Source: the human T2T-CHM13v2.0 reference genome, Homo sapiens. From it: a stretch of 64,000 bases of DNA. The notes under the pieces were generated by a model. It was given only the letters and a program-made list of their open reading frames with translations. It ran no database searches and was not told the DNA's origin. This document shows, one piece after another, positions 13,816 to 25,518 of this stretch (within the stretch, counting starts at the first letter, position 1; each line of letters begins with the position of its first letter). The translations under genes and the position numbers were made by a program. The stretch is taken from NCBI RefSeq assembly GCF_009914755.1, contig NC_060938.1, one strand, 5' to 3'.

Positions 13816-14333
13816 GCTAAAATGGAAATTCCATTAAATCAAACAAACAAACAAACAAAAAACAGGTGAAAGCTGCTGCAGGATCCTCATAGCTGATTTA
13901 CAGCCTATAGCTCCAAAGTAGGTGATGAACTGAGGAATATGGAGCCCAGTTGCCACTCCACAATCTCAGGTCTGCTGAAGCCAGCCACACCTACTACTGC
14001 TGCTGTGGAAGAAGGGCTTCTGCCTCCCTTCCACCTTCCAAATCATGCATGAGTGACTGACCAGACTGTACGTAGAACCCTGCTGGCCAATGGCATCTAA
14101 CACAGGGTAATGGCGCTTAAGCTGCTAAGCCCCTCACTTGCCTCTAGAAACCTCTCCCATGGCCTTGGGAGGGCCTAGCAAAGTATCACATGGTCGTATG
14201 CTTTTGTAACCATCTTTGCAAGTTGAAAGTATATTTCAACTGCAACTATTAAGACTGCTGTCTGTTTCTACCCTAATTTTCCCTGTATCGTACTTTCCTT
14301 ATGTTGGATTGTATTGGAAGAGCCATGGGAATT
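13780..14333 (+). repeat. Local duplication, donor copy (~545 bp)
   Basis: Direct repeat of 15726-16266, ~92% identical by manual count. Confidence 0.95.
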
Positions 14334-15240
14334 TTTGGGATCCAGCTAAGAGGAAGTTGAGCTGGGATGCATTTAGCCGGTGTTTGGCGGGTGTTTCTGT
14401 AATTTGCGGTTATTTGCTAGTCATTCTCTCATAGGAATGGTTCTATGAGTACCTCTACTGCTTACAGTGCCAGCTCACCTGGCTTTATGACACAAAGGCG
14501 CAGGGCGAGAGGTCAGATCACAAGAAGAATGTGTTCTATGTACAGCATCAGAAGTATGTTGGTAGTGGAGGAGGAAAGAGATTAAAATGCATGATCTGGA
14601 AACCAGTCTGTGTAATATTCTTCCACTTATCAGTTGTGTGAAATTCTAAGTAGACAATTTGCTACTCATTGATGCCTAGTCAAAATGGAAGCTTTTTCCT
14701 GTGAGAAATATGCCCAGTAGTTTAGCTTATACACTTATAAATATACCAGTTTTTTAAATGGGCATCATGAATTATAGAGTTTATCAGAATTCTTTTATTT
14801 GTAAGGCACAAACCTGTCACGATACTATAAACAATGAATGTCTCATATGTTTTATACATAACAGCTGTCAATAATAAAAACAATAAGCTATGCTAGAGGA
14901 AAACATCAATTGTCTTTCTATTTCTTCTCCAGAAGATAATATTGCAAAATCTTGTCCTGTGAAAAAGTGATCAAAGATAATATAACCCCCAAAGTGTGGG
15001 AAAAAACCCTATTATAAAGGTATATTGAGCAGCTGAATAAATATAACATTATTTTTCCTGGATTTTGTGATGTTTGTAGTCTTACAGCTTTTTAAAATTT
15101 ACAATATGTTGTGATTTTTTTTCTCATTCCATATAACTATTTGCAATTTTGTATTTTGTTATTCGGTTGGTGCAAAAACTCCAATTACTTTTGCACCAAC
15201 CTAATACTTAAAAAAGGCTTCTGCAGTTGTATAAACTTTG
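14103..15240 (+). mobile_element. MER115/Zaphod hAT-Tip100 DNA transposon fossil
   Basis: gcttaagc...gcccctcacttgc...gggagggcctagca; gatgcctagtcaaaatggaag; Zaphod-like 3' end ggattttgtgatgtttgt. Confidence 0.7.
15162..15204. mobile_element. Made1 (Hsmar1-derived MITE), internally deleted
   Basis: Palindromic ttcggttggtgcaaaa...ttttgcaccaacctaa flanked by TA. Confidence 0.88.
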
Positions 15241-15244
15241 GATA

Positions 15245-15427
15245 GAGAATGGCAGGGCAAAAGGATAGAATTCTTGTCCCTCATGACATTGGGAAGCCTC
15301 ATGGCAGCCCTGGATTGCCTACCTCCAGACTCCTTTTATTTGAGGGAGAAATAAACCTCTTTCTTGTTCAAGTGACTGTTATCTTGCCTTTTCTGTTGTG
15401 AGCAACCGAACAGAATCCTAACTGATA
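15245..15427 (+). mobile_element. Old MLT1J-like LTR 3' end
   Basis: cagccctggattgcctacctccagactcc...aaataaacc...aatcctaactgata. Confidence 0.6.
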
Positions 15428-15725
15428 TATGTATTTGTCCTTTGACACGGCAATACCACTTCCAGGAATTTGCCCTGCAGGTATTCGGGCACATAGGCAA
15501 AATGATGTATGGTCAAGGTCATTCATTGCAGCAAAAGATGAGAAACAATCTATATGTCCATCCATGGGGACAGGTTAAATAAATTATGCATATCCACAGT
15601 GAAATAATATGCATCATATATTAGGAGGAAGCTTGTTGTATTGATACAGAATTATCTCTAATGCATATTGTTAAAAGAAAAAGTAAATGCAAAATAGTGT
15701 GAATGCCGTGCTAATATATATATAT

Positions 15726-16266
15726 AGTGTTGTATTCCTCTCTCTTATTTCCTGCATGCTAAAATGGAAATTCCATTAAATCAAACAAACAAACCAAAAA
15801 TAGGTGAAAGCTGCTGCAGGACCCACATAGCTAATTTACAGTCTATAGCTCCAAAGTCGGTGATGAATTGTGGAATACGGAGCCCAGTGGCCACTCCACA
15901 AACTCATATCTGCTGAAGCCAGCCTCACCCTCTACTGCTGCAGTGGAAAAAGGGCTTCTGCCTCCCTTCCACCTTCCAAATCATGCACAACTGATTGATC
16001 AGACTGTATGTAGAACCCTGCTGGCCAATGGTGTCTACCACAGGGTAATGGCGCTTAAGCTGCTAAGCCCCTCACTTGCCTCTAGAAACCTCTCCCAAGG
16101 CCTTGGGAGGGCCTAGCAAAGTATCACATGGTCATGTGCTTTTGTAACCGTCTTTGCAAAAGTTTATTTCAACTGCAACTATGAAGACTGCTGTCTGTTT
16201 CTACTCTGATTTTCCCTGTGTCATACTTTCCTTATGTTGGATGGTATTGGAAGAGCCATGGGAATT
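15726..16266 (+). repeat. Local duplication, derived copy
   Basis: Copy of 13780-14333, flanked by (TA)n on the left and (TA)(TG)n on the right. Confidence 0.95.
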
Positions 16267-16276
16267 GAGCCAAGCA

Positions 16277-16277
16277 C

Positions 16278-16329
<52 letters not shown>

Positions 16330-16385
16330 ATATCTATATATATATCTATATATCTATATATCTATATCTATATATATATATATAT
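16277..16385. repeat. Compound (TA)/(TG)n/(TATC) microsatellite
   Basis: Directly visible. Confidence 0.95.
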
Positions 16386-16619
16386 GCTTGAATATGCATT
16401 AAACATCTCTGGAAGGACCTGCAGGAATTTAGTGACATTGGTTGCCTCTTGGGGCAAGTGAATGGCTGAGGACAGGACTGGGAGGAGGAGTTTTCACTTT
16501 TGAATAAACGGTGAACTTTTAATCTATTTTAAAGTAAAAGTAAAATGAAAACCAGAGAACATTTTTACATTTAATACCTGTAGAGCAAAACCCATTATTT
16601 TCTTTTAAAAAAAACCCTT

Positions 16620-16763
16620 CTTTGTATTTTTAAATTTATTTTTCATAGAGACGAGGTCTTGCCATGTTGGCCAGGCTGGTCTCAAACTCCTGGCCTCAAG
16701 TGACCCTCCTGTCTTGGCCTCCCAAAATGTTGGGATTGTAGGCAGGAGCCACTGCACCGAGCC
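16620..16763 (-). mobile_element. Alu left monomer (FLAM-like)
   Basis: Single antisense monomer. Confidence 0.85.
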
Positions 16764-16821
16764 TCTCTTTTTAGATTAAAGAATAAATAAATAAGAATCC
16801 CTTAACTCACCTACCTGTGAA

Positions 16822-16942
16822 GATGGATGCCCTATGTGTGGCTTTCCCAGGACAATCTGTTTATGCCTCATCTTCTGGTGTAATTATTAATAGTGCCTCA
16901 CTTCTCTCTCAGCAGTTGGATGATAAACTATCTGGTTACCCT
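16822..16942. mobile_element. MER94-like hAT-Blackjack MITE
   Basis: gtaattattaatagtgcc...ttggatgataaactatctggttacccta. Confidence 0.65.
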
Positions 16943-18422
16943 ACCTGTTAAATACATCACAGCCCATGAGAAGTCCAGTCCAGCCAGTGATGAAACAGAT
17001 GCCTGATTCTTTGCCTGATTGCTGGATGCAGTAGTGCCTTGAGCTTAGGGACCCTTGTATGGAGAAAAAAATGTGTGTTTTCAATAATAAATGGATGTCA
17101 GTGAGGTGGGCAATGATCACACCAAGAGAGGTACATGGGAACTGGAAAATACTGAAGATACACAAGTTTCACCTTTGCTATCTCAGGTCAATGCTGGGGC
17201 ATTGCTTACTGAAAGGAATGGTAGATGAATCACTGTGTTATTTAGCTGATTGCTTTCTCTCTCTCTCTCTCTTTTGCTGTTTAATGCATGCACAAATGTT
17301 ACATGCACTTATGTCATGACTGAACTCTGCAGAACTTACTGTGCCACGTTGGCATTCTGCATTTGCCTCTTGACTCTGAACTCTTGTCTGAGTTTTCCTG
17401 TGTCCCAGCAACAGTCACATTTACTAAATGTTTGCTGAATGAATGCATGAACCCCATGGAGACCTAGGCTGACATCTGGTCCTCTCTTCTGCACAGAGTC
17501 TGACTGTCATGGGTATCATCATCTTTGAGACTGTAATCTTTATGAAGGCAGAGACTAGGTTTACTTGAATGAGCAAAGTAACCCCAATGCAGAGTACTAT
17601 GTCTGCTACATAGCAAGTGCTAATAAATATCAGTTCAGTAAATAAGTGGGTGAATAAATGAATGAATGAATGAATAAATGTTTGCATCAGTCACCTGAGG
17701 ACCAATTGCACACTAGTCATTCCCTTTGCAAGTCTACCTGGCCCTGGCATGTAATGACAGAATATAGAGGAAGATTTCATGGAAGATGTAGGGTCAGGGA
17801 CCTTCTTGAATAAATACAAAGTGCCTTACCCACTGTCGGGGCTTCCTATATAGCTCAGCAAAGAGCCTTCTGTGCCTGCAGTTTTTTTTTTTAGAGCTTC
17901 TCTTTCCAACTGCCACATGCATGATGGATGATGTTCCCATGTCAGGGAATATACTCCCGTGGGGATACTCAAATTTTGATAAAGTCTAAAAATACTGGGA
18001 GAAAGAAAATGCTATACTACTTTCTAAATGCCACAACTATTAATAATACACCTGTCATAATTACTCACTTGGATGTGCCATAATCAAAATGGGTTGTGGG
18101 TTATGCAGTTACCAGTGAACTAGCTGTCATGCCATCCTCTTGCTTCCACTCAAGAATACGTGTCAAATCCAAGTGACTGTGGGGTTTTAGAGAGGATCTT
18201 GAATTCACTCTAGTTTTCCAAAAAGCAGCTAATGCCCAAATTTTAGTTCCTTCGCTGTTAATAGTAACAAATTACAACTGGGACACTCTAAGGCAGAGAA
18301 CCACCCATTCTTTGGTTAGTATTGCCTCTTTAGACATCCACTTTAAAACTGTAAATGCTCTAAAGAAATACACCCTACAGGACACACCACTAACTCCCTA
18401 TCCACTTCTCTGCATAACAATG

Positions 18423-18510
18423 GGTGTGTGTGTGTGTGTGTGTGTGGGTGTGTGTGTGTAAAAGAGAGACAGAGAGAGCAAGAGAGTCAGTCTGAGAGAG
18501 GGGAGAGAAG
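18423..18510. repeat. (TG)n followed by a GA-rich simple repeat
   Basis: Directly visible. Confidence 0.9.
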
Positions 18511-18539
18511 TGGGGGTAGGGTTGCTAGGAAGGAGATGG

Positions 18540-18738
18540 AGCTTGATTTCTAATACTTTCACCTATGAACTGTGTGGCCTTGGGCAAGTCACTTAACCTC
18601 ACTAAGCCTCAGTTTCCTCATAAGTAAATGGGGCTGATAATAAAAGTACCTACCTCATAAGATTGTTGCAATAAAACCAATATAGTGCTTACCTTAGTTC
18701 TTGGCACATACTAAGCCTTCAATACATGTGGGCTATTT
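18540..18738 (+). mobile_element. MIR
   Basis: ccttgggcaagtcacttaacctcactaagcctcagtttcctcat. Confidence 0.85.
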
Positions 18739-19239
18739 TTTTTTTCTGTATGTTTGCTCATTCTTCTGATACACTGAAGACAAAGTATAAGAAGACTGGT
18801 TGGGACACTTCCTAGTCGTCATTGACAATCTGCCATTCAGTTTGGGCTGAGGCTTATTTCTGGGACAAAATCCAAAAGAATGGGCAGAACCTTGTACGGT
18901 GTCAATGAGGGAGGCTTGCTTTTATTGTCCAAGTCACATGTGGTATGCACAGACTCTCCTGGGGACACTGAGCTTTTTTGAGGAGCCCTAAATGTGGGAA
19001 TAGGGCAAGAGTTTGAGAGGAGTTGTTGGAATCCAAAGCATAAGTTCTAGAAAGCAGGAGTCTCCCTAGAACAGTCTTTTGTGGGGAGCAAGAAAGGAGA
19101 AAGTGTTAGGTTCCAAAGAGAGGGGTTTGCCATCCTATGAGTCACTGATTGCTGGTGCATAGCCTGGAAGCCCTCTCCCCTGGAACAATGAGCTTCAAAT
19201 GGCTAAGGGCAGTGGCTTGAGAGGCTGTGCCTATAGCCC

Positions 19240-19594
19240 TATCTCAGTCCATTCCGGCTGATATAACCAATTACCATAGACTGGGGGGCTTAAACACCAA
19301 ACATTTACTTCTTACAGTTCTGGAGGCTGGGAAATCTGAGCTCAGGATACCAGCACGGTTGGGTTGTGGTAAGGGCCCTCTTCCAGGCTGCAGACAGCTG
19401 CCTTGTATCCTCACATGGCAGAAAGAGAGCTCACTAGCTCCATGGGGCTGCTTATGAGGGCACTAATCCCATTCATGAAGGCTCCACCTATGTGACCTAT
19501 TACCTCCTGAAGGCCCCATCTCCAAATACCATCACACTGGGACTGGGGCTTCAACACATGAATTTTGGGAGACACAAACATTCAGTCCACTGCA
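19240..19594 (-). mobile_element. MLT1A0-like LTR
   Basis: cagttctggaggctggga; gggcactaatcccattcatga; ends acacaaacattcagtccactgca. Confidence 0.82.
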
Positions 19595-20544
19595 AGCCTA
19601 CAATGGACCACCTTGAGGCTCAGATTAGCAAGCCATGAGCTTAGAGTTTGGAAGCTTGTCACTAATCGTAGGCCCTTCACTAGGCCAAGGGGCCTGTAGC
19701 CTTGGTCTTCTCACCTGTGAAATGAGAGAATGGATGCTCTCTGAGCGTCCTTCCATTTCTGACATTCTGTGGCTGGGAGATGGTGAAGGAGAGAGATACG
19801 CTTTTGATGACCTGACCTTTCTGCATCTTCCTGTTTCTCCTTCTTGCCACTATTTCCAGGCCCTAGGGACATTCCTGATGCTACCAGATGGTCTAGGACT
19901 CCAAAATTTGTGGTCATCTCAGCCTTAGTGCTGTCCAAGTACTGGTCATTGTGAAATTTTCCTCCTTGACTGCCTCTCCTTATCCACTCATGAGGATGAG
20001 TTTCTCACTTCTCGTCTCATCTTTCAGTCACGACAATGGTGGCATTAGTTCGTTCATTATCATTCCAATGTTTTCTGAGCCCTAATGGGGCACCAAGCAT
20101 CATGCTAAGGGCAGAGGGTACAGTGGGCATTGGGTTACAGAGGCATAGACCTGTGCTGATGGAGTCCGTATGGTGGTGACAGAATCATCCGGTGACAGAT
20201 ACGACGAGCAAGGACTGAGCTCTGTGGGGGTAGTTATTAGGGGATGTTAGATGGGGGAGGGGCAGGACAGGTACAATGACTTTGAGGATGGGATGCTGAA
20301 GCTGAGACTTAATGGTAGATGGACACCCTCAGTTCCATGAGGGCAAAGATTTTTGACTCTTTTTTGCTGCTGTATCCCAGTGCCTTGAACAGTTGGCACT
20401 CCATGAATAGTTGCTGAATGAAAGAATACATTGAGTCGCACAATTGAAGTCCCTGTGGCATGAAAGAAGCTGAGATAAGGCCAGTGTCTCTGCAAGGCTG
20501 TCTTCTGGAGGCTCAAAGCAGCAAAGTTGAAGAGACGAGGCTGG

Positions 20545-21012
20545 GTAGGGGGCTGGCCTCGTGCGGATTTCCCCAAACGCAGACACTGAGACACGGAGTG
20601 GGGTGCAGGTGGTTGTTATTTGGGAAGCACAAGTGAGGAAATGTGAGAAAGGAGGAGAGAAGACAGAAATGCCAGTAAATAAAGGGCAGATTAATGATGG
20701 GTTGCCGCTGTGGGCACCTGGGGCTGAAGCCCACTTTGTGGAACGTGAGGGATAAGATGGGGTATTTATCTATTGACTCTTGCTCCTGTGGGTTGAGGAG
20801 CGTCCCTGGGGGTGTTAAATCCCTAACCCTTGTGGGCTGCCCTGCTTAGAGGCTGAACAAGCTCCTGTGGTGCTGGAAAACGCCCTCAAGTGGAGGAGCA
20901 CTAGAGGTGGGAGCTGCCCCCTAGGGGTCTCAGTAATCCTCCGCCGCAGCTGCAGATGAGCTCAGAAGAGGGTGGAGGAGGTCTGGGGCGGGCATCAACA
21001 GTGGCTGCTGCA
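20545..21012 (-). mobile_element. LTR33-like ERVL LTR
   Basis: gcagacactgagac...tatttggga; ends ggtctggggcgggcatcaacagtggctgctgca. Confidence 0.6.
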
Positions 21013-21204
21013 GAGGTAAGCAGGGCACCAAACAAGAGAGGGTGGTGGCTTTGATTATGGTGGTGGCATTGGACGGGGAGAGAAGTACACAGATTTCAGG
21101 TACTTTTTGGATGTGGGAGGTGATCAACAATAAAGAGTCCTCCAATAAAGAGAAAGCCCTTTCTCCTCCAGCCCCCACTTTTATTCCACAAATATTTATT
21201 GCTG

Positions 21205-21460
21205 TGGTTTGTGGTTGGGCTTCCTGGGAAGCCAACTGAGACAGAGTTTGTTGCGCAGGCTGTTTGAGGAGTTCGGGACAGATTTAAGAGTGCACAAAGG
21301 GAGACCATGCAACAGCCTCAGCTAACCCCACAGAACGCTCGGGAGCTAGACGTGCTCCTCAAAGTTGTTCGGAATTGGAAACAGATGCTGGACCTCCATC
21401 AGTCCAACCTGGGGAGGATGCCGTGACTTGGGCCAGGCAGCTCTCTTCAGCGGAGGCAAC
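21205..21460 (-). mobile_element. LTR16-like ERVL LTR fragment
   Basis: ttcctgggaagc...ctgagacagagttt; gtgacttgggccaggcagctctcttcagc. Confidence 0.6.
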
Positions 21461-21879
21461 GCTATTATAGCGTCCACCACAATGCTGAAGGATCTTTTGT
21501 ATGTCAGGTACTGTTGTAGGTGCTGGGGGTGTTAGAAGGGGCCAGGTGAGAGAGAGGCAATAAACAAACAAATATGTACCATCAGGTAGTGCGAAGTGCA
21601 AAGCAGAAGACAAAACAGGGTTAGTTGAATGATGGCTGGACTGGGAGAAGGAAGGTGGGGGTGGTAGTGAGGGAGGCTTAGAAGACAAGAGCAACAGGAC
21701 CCTGACAGTTTAGGGGCGGGGCATCCTCTCTGCACTGGGCTCCCTGGGAACTGCCCCTTGTGCGTGGTCCCATCTTTTGGCCACAGTTGCTGGCCTCTTT
21801 GCAGGAGGTAGAGGCAGCCCCTCTTCTCCCTGAATAAATTTGCTTTGGTGTTGACCTGCAGCCTGGGGTTTCAGGAGTT

Positions 21880-22620
21880 AGGAAATAGTGCGACAGGCGG
21901 AGCTGGAGGTTAGCGCGTCTTCGAGCTGTCGCCTTCCACCCAGAACAGCTGGCCCTGCCTCGGGGCTGACTGTTAACCCTAGGAGGTGGGTGGATTGGCA
22001 GGGAGGTCGGCTGGGCCCAAGTCAAGGCCGGGCTGTGTGTGCGTGTGTGTGTGCGCGTGCGTGTTCCTGTGTCCGCGCGCACGCGCTCCTGCGTACTCGG
22101 CTGCCACGCGCTTCCTCCGCCCCTTTCACCTGGGCAGGTGCCTGCAGGGGCTATCGCGCCGCCCCAGATTGGGATCCGGGGAGGGCAGAGGCTCCCTCAG
22201 CCAGGCCTGGGCTCCGCCTGCTGCCCTCCCCCAGCCCAGGCCCTTGTGGTTGCCAATGAAGGCCGAGAGCCCTAGCTGCGGGGGCAGTCCCGCTGGGTGT
22301 CTGCGCCGTCCACGGCCCGGGAGCGCAGGAGCAGCCTCCACCTGGGCAAAGGCTCGGCGGACCGGCGGGCAAGCGGCCCTGGAACAAACTCAGCCCGCCT
22401 GCGGTTCCCAGGAGCAGCGGCTCCCGGGCGGTCTCGCCGCTCTCGGCAGGGCAGGGCGCAGTCCAGGGGCCCCTAGAAACTCGCCTTGTTCTCAGCCCAC
22501 GAGGAATTTAGCATTGATAAAGCCTCAAAAAAAAAAAAAAAAAAAAAAAAAAAAGCAACCAATTCCGCCCCTCCGTCGCCCCCCCAAAAACCTGAATCAT
22601 CTGGCCACCATCCCCGCTGT
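21880..22620. promoter_or_regulatory. CpG island 2 (candidate promoter/enhancer)
   Basis: Dense CpG, non-repeat; GC boxes ctccgcccc (~22095) and ttccgcccc (~22563); CCAAT-type motifs at ~22168 (reverse) and ~22253. Confidence 0.78.
22527..22554 (+). repeat. A28 homopolymer
   Basis: Directly visible, no adjoining Alu body. Confidence 0.95.
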
Positions 22621-22905
22621 TTCCCACCACTGGTGGGCTTCCTGGTGACTGCAGAAATGAGGCAGTGGCAGGGCTGAATGAAGACCCTTGGAGGCCTCAT
22701 CACTGAGACAGGAATGGCGCCCACAATACGAAATAAAAACAGCACTGACTCGGAAAATAAGTGTCAGGAGGACAACAAAAGTTCTGATTTTGGGTGAGGA
22801 TGAGGGGTGGTGGGCTGCTTTGCTGCTGTCCCTCCCAAGCCAGAGCTCCTAAGCAGCCGTGGATTGAAGGTCCCTGCTCTTTTCCCCCTCAGGCTTTTGT
22901 ATGGC

Positions 22906-23186
22906 TGTGTTGCCAGATTTAGCAAATAAAAAAGTACGGGGCACCGGGTTACGTGTAAATTTCAGATAAATGAACCCTTTTATTTTAGCATATGGAAGCC
23001 TTATGCATTTGAAACATAGTAAAATAATTCATCCTTTATTGAAAATCAATGAAATTTTTAGTATAAAAATTTAGTATATCTTAAATAATGCATGGGATAT
23101 ACTTACATTAAAAAATCGGTCATTTATCTGAAATTTATATGAAATACAAATTTAATTGGGCATTTGAATTTTATCTAGTAACCCTA
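22906..23186. mobile_element. MER53 palindromic hAT MITE, internally expanded
   Basis: gttgccagatttagcaaataaaaa...tttcagataaa / tttatctgaaa...ttttatctagtaacccta. Confidence 0.75.
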
Positions 23187-23274
23187 CTTGAGAGTCAGCT
23201 GTCTTGGCCCCTAGTGTCCATAGAGCCAGGAAGGGTGGGCAGAGCCCTCAGGTGCCCCCTCCCCCCATCCCTGC

Positions 23275-23540
23275 TTTTTTTTGAGACAGGGTCTGGCTCT
23301 TTCACCCAGGCTGGAGTGCTGTGGCCGAATCTGGGCTCAAGTGATCCTCCCACCTCAGCCTCCCCAGTCGCTGGGACCACAGGCACGTACCACCACGCTG
23401 GGCTCATTTTTCTATTTTTTTTTGTAGAGATAGGGTTTTGCTATGTTGCCCAGATTGGTCTCGAACTCCTGAGCTCCAGTGATCTGCCTGCCTCAGCCTC
23501 CCAAATTGCTGGGAGTATAGGTGTGAGCTGCCGGGCAGCC
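23275..23540 (-). mobile_element. AluJ
   Basis: Antisense J-type Alu with an internal deletion. Confidence 0.88.
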
Positions 23541-23824
23541 CTCAGGCCTTTTCCATCCCACCCCACTGCCAGCACTGAGAGTGCTCCCTGAGCTGCTTCT
23601 GAGTCAGGTTTTGCCCAGAGGTTGGTGAAGGGTGTTGAATCAGGAACCAAAGACCTGGGCTCCGAGGCTCTGCTCTTTCAACACTGAGTGAGTTAGCCTT
23701 TCTGAGATCAGCTTCCTCATCTTTAAATGGGTGAATAGCAGGTGTGAGGCCTGCCAGGTGAATGTGTGGCTGGCACACCATCCATCCTAGTACATTCAGC
23801 CTGTGCATTTTAAAAAGCAGAAAG

Positions 23825-24085
23825 CAAGGGTCTCAAACTCAGATGCCTATGGGTGCTGAGGAGTTAAAGGAAATGAGAGCAACTCCCTAAAGGGCATAAA
23901 CCATGGAGTGGGAGTACCCAGCTGTGATCCAGATCCAGCTCCAGCTAGCTATTACCGCATTAGGTAGAATGAGGGCAGATCTTATAACTTTTCAGAAGAA
24001 TCTGGACGTCTGGATTTTCACACAAAAACCTGATTAAGAAATACTGGCAACTAATTCATATTTTTCTTTAAACAAAACATTTTAA
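23825..24085. mobile_element. MER102-like hAT-Charlie element
   Basis: gggtctcaaactcagatgccta...tctggatttt...tggcaactaattca. Confidence 0.6.
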
Positions 24086-24114
24086 GCACTGAGTAGCTAT
24101 AACAAATGAATCAA

Positions 24115-24250
24115 AATACTTGCAGCCATGTGCCAGGTATTATTCTAACAGCTTATGTGTAGCAATTCATCCAATTACCCTATGAGGTAGATATTATTAT
24201 GATTTCCATTTTACAGATGAAGAAACTGAGGTACAGAGAGGCCAAGGACT
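24115..24250 (-). mobile_element. MIR
   Basis: ccattttacagatgaagaaactgaggtacagagagg. Confidence 0.85.
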
Positions 24251-24374
24251 GATGCCATATTTGGGATGCAGGCAGTCAGTTTTTTGTCTTTGAAGACAAC
24301 TTCCTTTCTGGATTTCCTGCCACTGAGCTTTACTGAGGGCAGCACTATGGCTAAAAGCACAGGCTCAGCAGCTC

Positions 24375-24780
24375 ATGTGGTGCTCCTCTGTGGTTTGCCC
24401 TGCATACTTTCCTTTGGAAAACTGTTATTCCCCAATACCTGTGTTTCAGGTGAGGCTCTTAACCAGAGAGCTCTGCCTGTCCCTTCTCTGCAGTGCACGA
24501 ATGACCCAAGCTGGGGAGAATGAGTCATTTTCAGGGACCAATATGGAAGATGAGGGAGAGAGGGCCTCATGAGCTATGTGAATGGAGCAAGCCTGGGACT
24601 GCTTGGGATCATCGTCTTTGTTGCCACATGGAGAGTACCTGCCTGAAAATGGAGCAAACTCAATGGAAAGCAAAATAGAAAGAAAAGATCCCAGTGACAT
24701 AATTTGAGCTCCTGGATGCAGCCATGCCTAAAGCCAGCCACCCTTAGACTTCTCATTTATTTGTACCAATATATTTTTCT
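24375..24780 (+). mobile_element. Old MLT1 (J/K-like) LTR
   Basis: tttgagctcctggatgcagccatgcctaaagccag. Confidence 0.6.
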
Positions 24781-24784
24781 CTCT

Positions 24785-25078
24785 TTATTATTATTATTTT
24801 TTAAAACAGCGTCTCACTCTATCACCCAGGCTGGAGTGCAGTGGTGTGACCACTGCAACCTCCAGGTCCTGGGTTCAAACGATTCTCATGCCTCAACCTC
24901 CCCAGTAGCTGGGACTACAGGCATATGCCACCATGCCTAGCTAATTTTTTGGTATTTTTAGGAGAGATGGGGTTCACCATGTTGGCCAGGGTGGTCTCAA
25001 ACTCCTGACCTCAAGTGATCTGCCTGCTTCGGCCTCCCAAAGTGTTGGGATTACAGGTGTGAGCCACCACCCCCAGCC
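24785..25078 (-). mobile_element. Alu (Jb/Sz-like)
   Basis: Full antisense Alu. Confidence 0.92.
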
Positions 25079-25194
25079 GTGTATTCCTCCTTTTGATGAT
25101 TCCAATTTGACTTGAATTTCTACTGATTGCAGTGGACAGAGTCCTGGCAAATACGGTGTCAAAGAAATGTCGCATCACTTCAGGATGTTAGATC

Positions 25195-25518
25195 CTTTCT
25201 ACTCAAAGTGGTTCAAGGACCAGTAGCATCAGCATCCCCTGGGAGCTTGTTGAAAATGCAGAATCTCAGGCCCGTCCCAGACCTACTGAACCAGAATCTG
25301 CATTTTTAACAAGATCGCAACTACGCTTATACACATTCAAGCTTGAGAAACGTTGGTCTAGACTAGCGTTCTCAGCTCTAGCTGCACATTTAGGTCTCAA
25401 TACCCAAATCACACCCCAGACCAACTGACTCAGAATCTCTGGGGGTGGGCCCTAGGAGCCAAACTTTTAAAAGCTCCCCAGGTGATAATGATATACAGCC
25501 AAGGTTGAGAACCACTGC
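25195..25518. mobile_element. Two adjacent MER5A-family hAT-Charlie MITEs
   Basis: gcatcagcatcccctgggagcttgtt...atgcagaatctcaggccc; second copy ends ccaaggttgagaaccactg. Confidence 0.8.

Larger units (their letters stand above)
15432..16520 (+). mobile_element. L1ME 3' end, split by the duplicated segment and a microsatellite
   Basis: ctttgacacggcaataccacttccaggaattt...aaaatagtgtg; resumes at tctggaagga...ggttgcctcttggg. Confidence 0.65.

Noticed and set aside
15162-15204. miR-548-like hairpin from Made1
   Set aside because: Only 43 bp after internal deletion, too short for a normal pre-miRNA; no expression evidence.
22510-22554. A28 as the tail of a processed pseudogene
   Set aside because: No canonical AATAAA, no TSD and no mRNA-like body upstream.
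21986-22648. 220-aa ORF and overlapping ORFs in CpG island 2
   Set aside because: GC-rich low-complexity translation; the poly-K comes from A28; no family resemblance.
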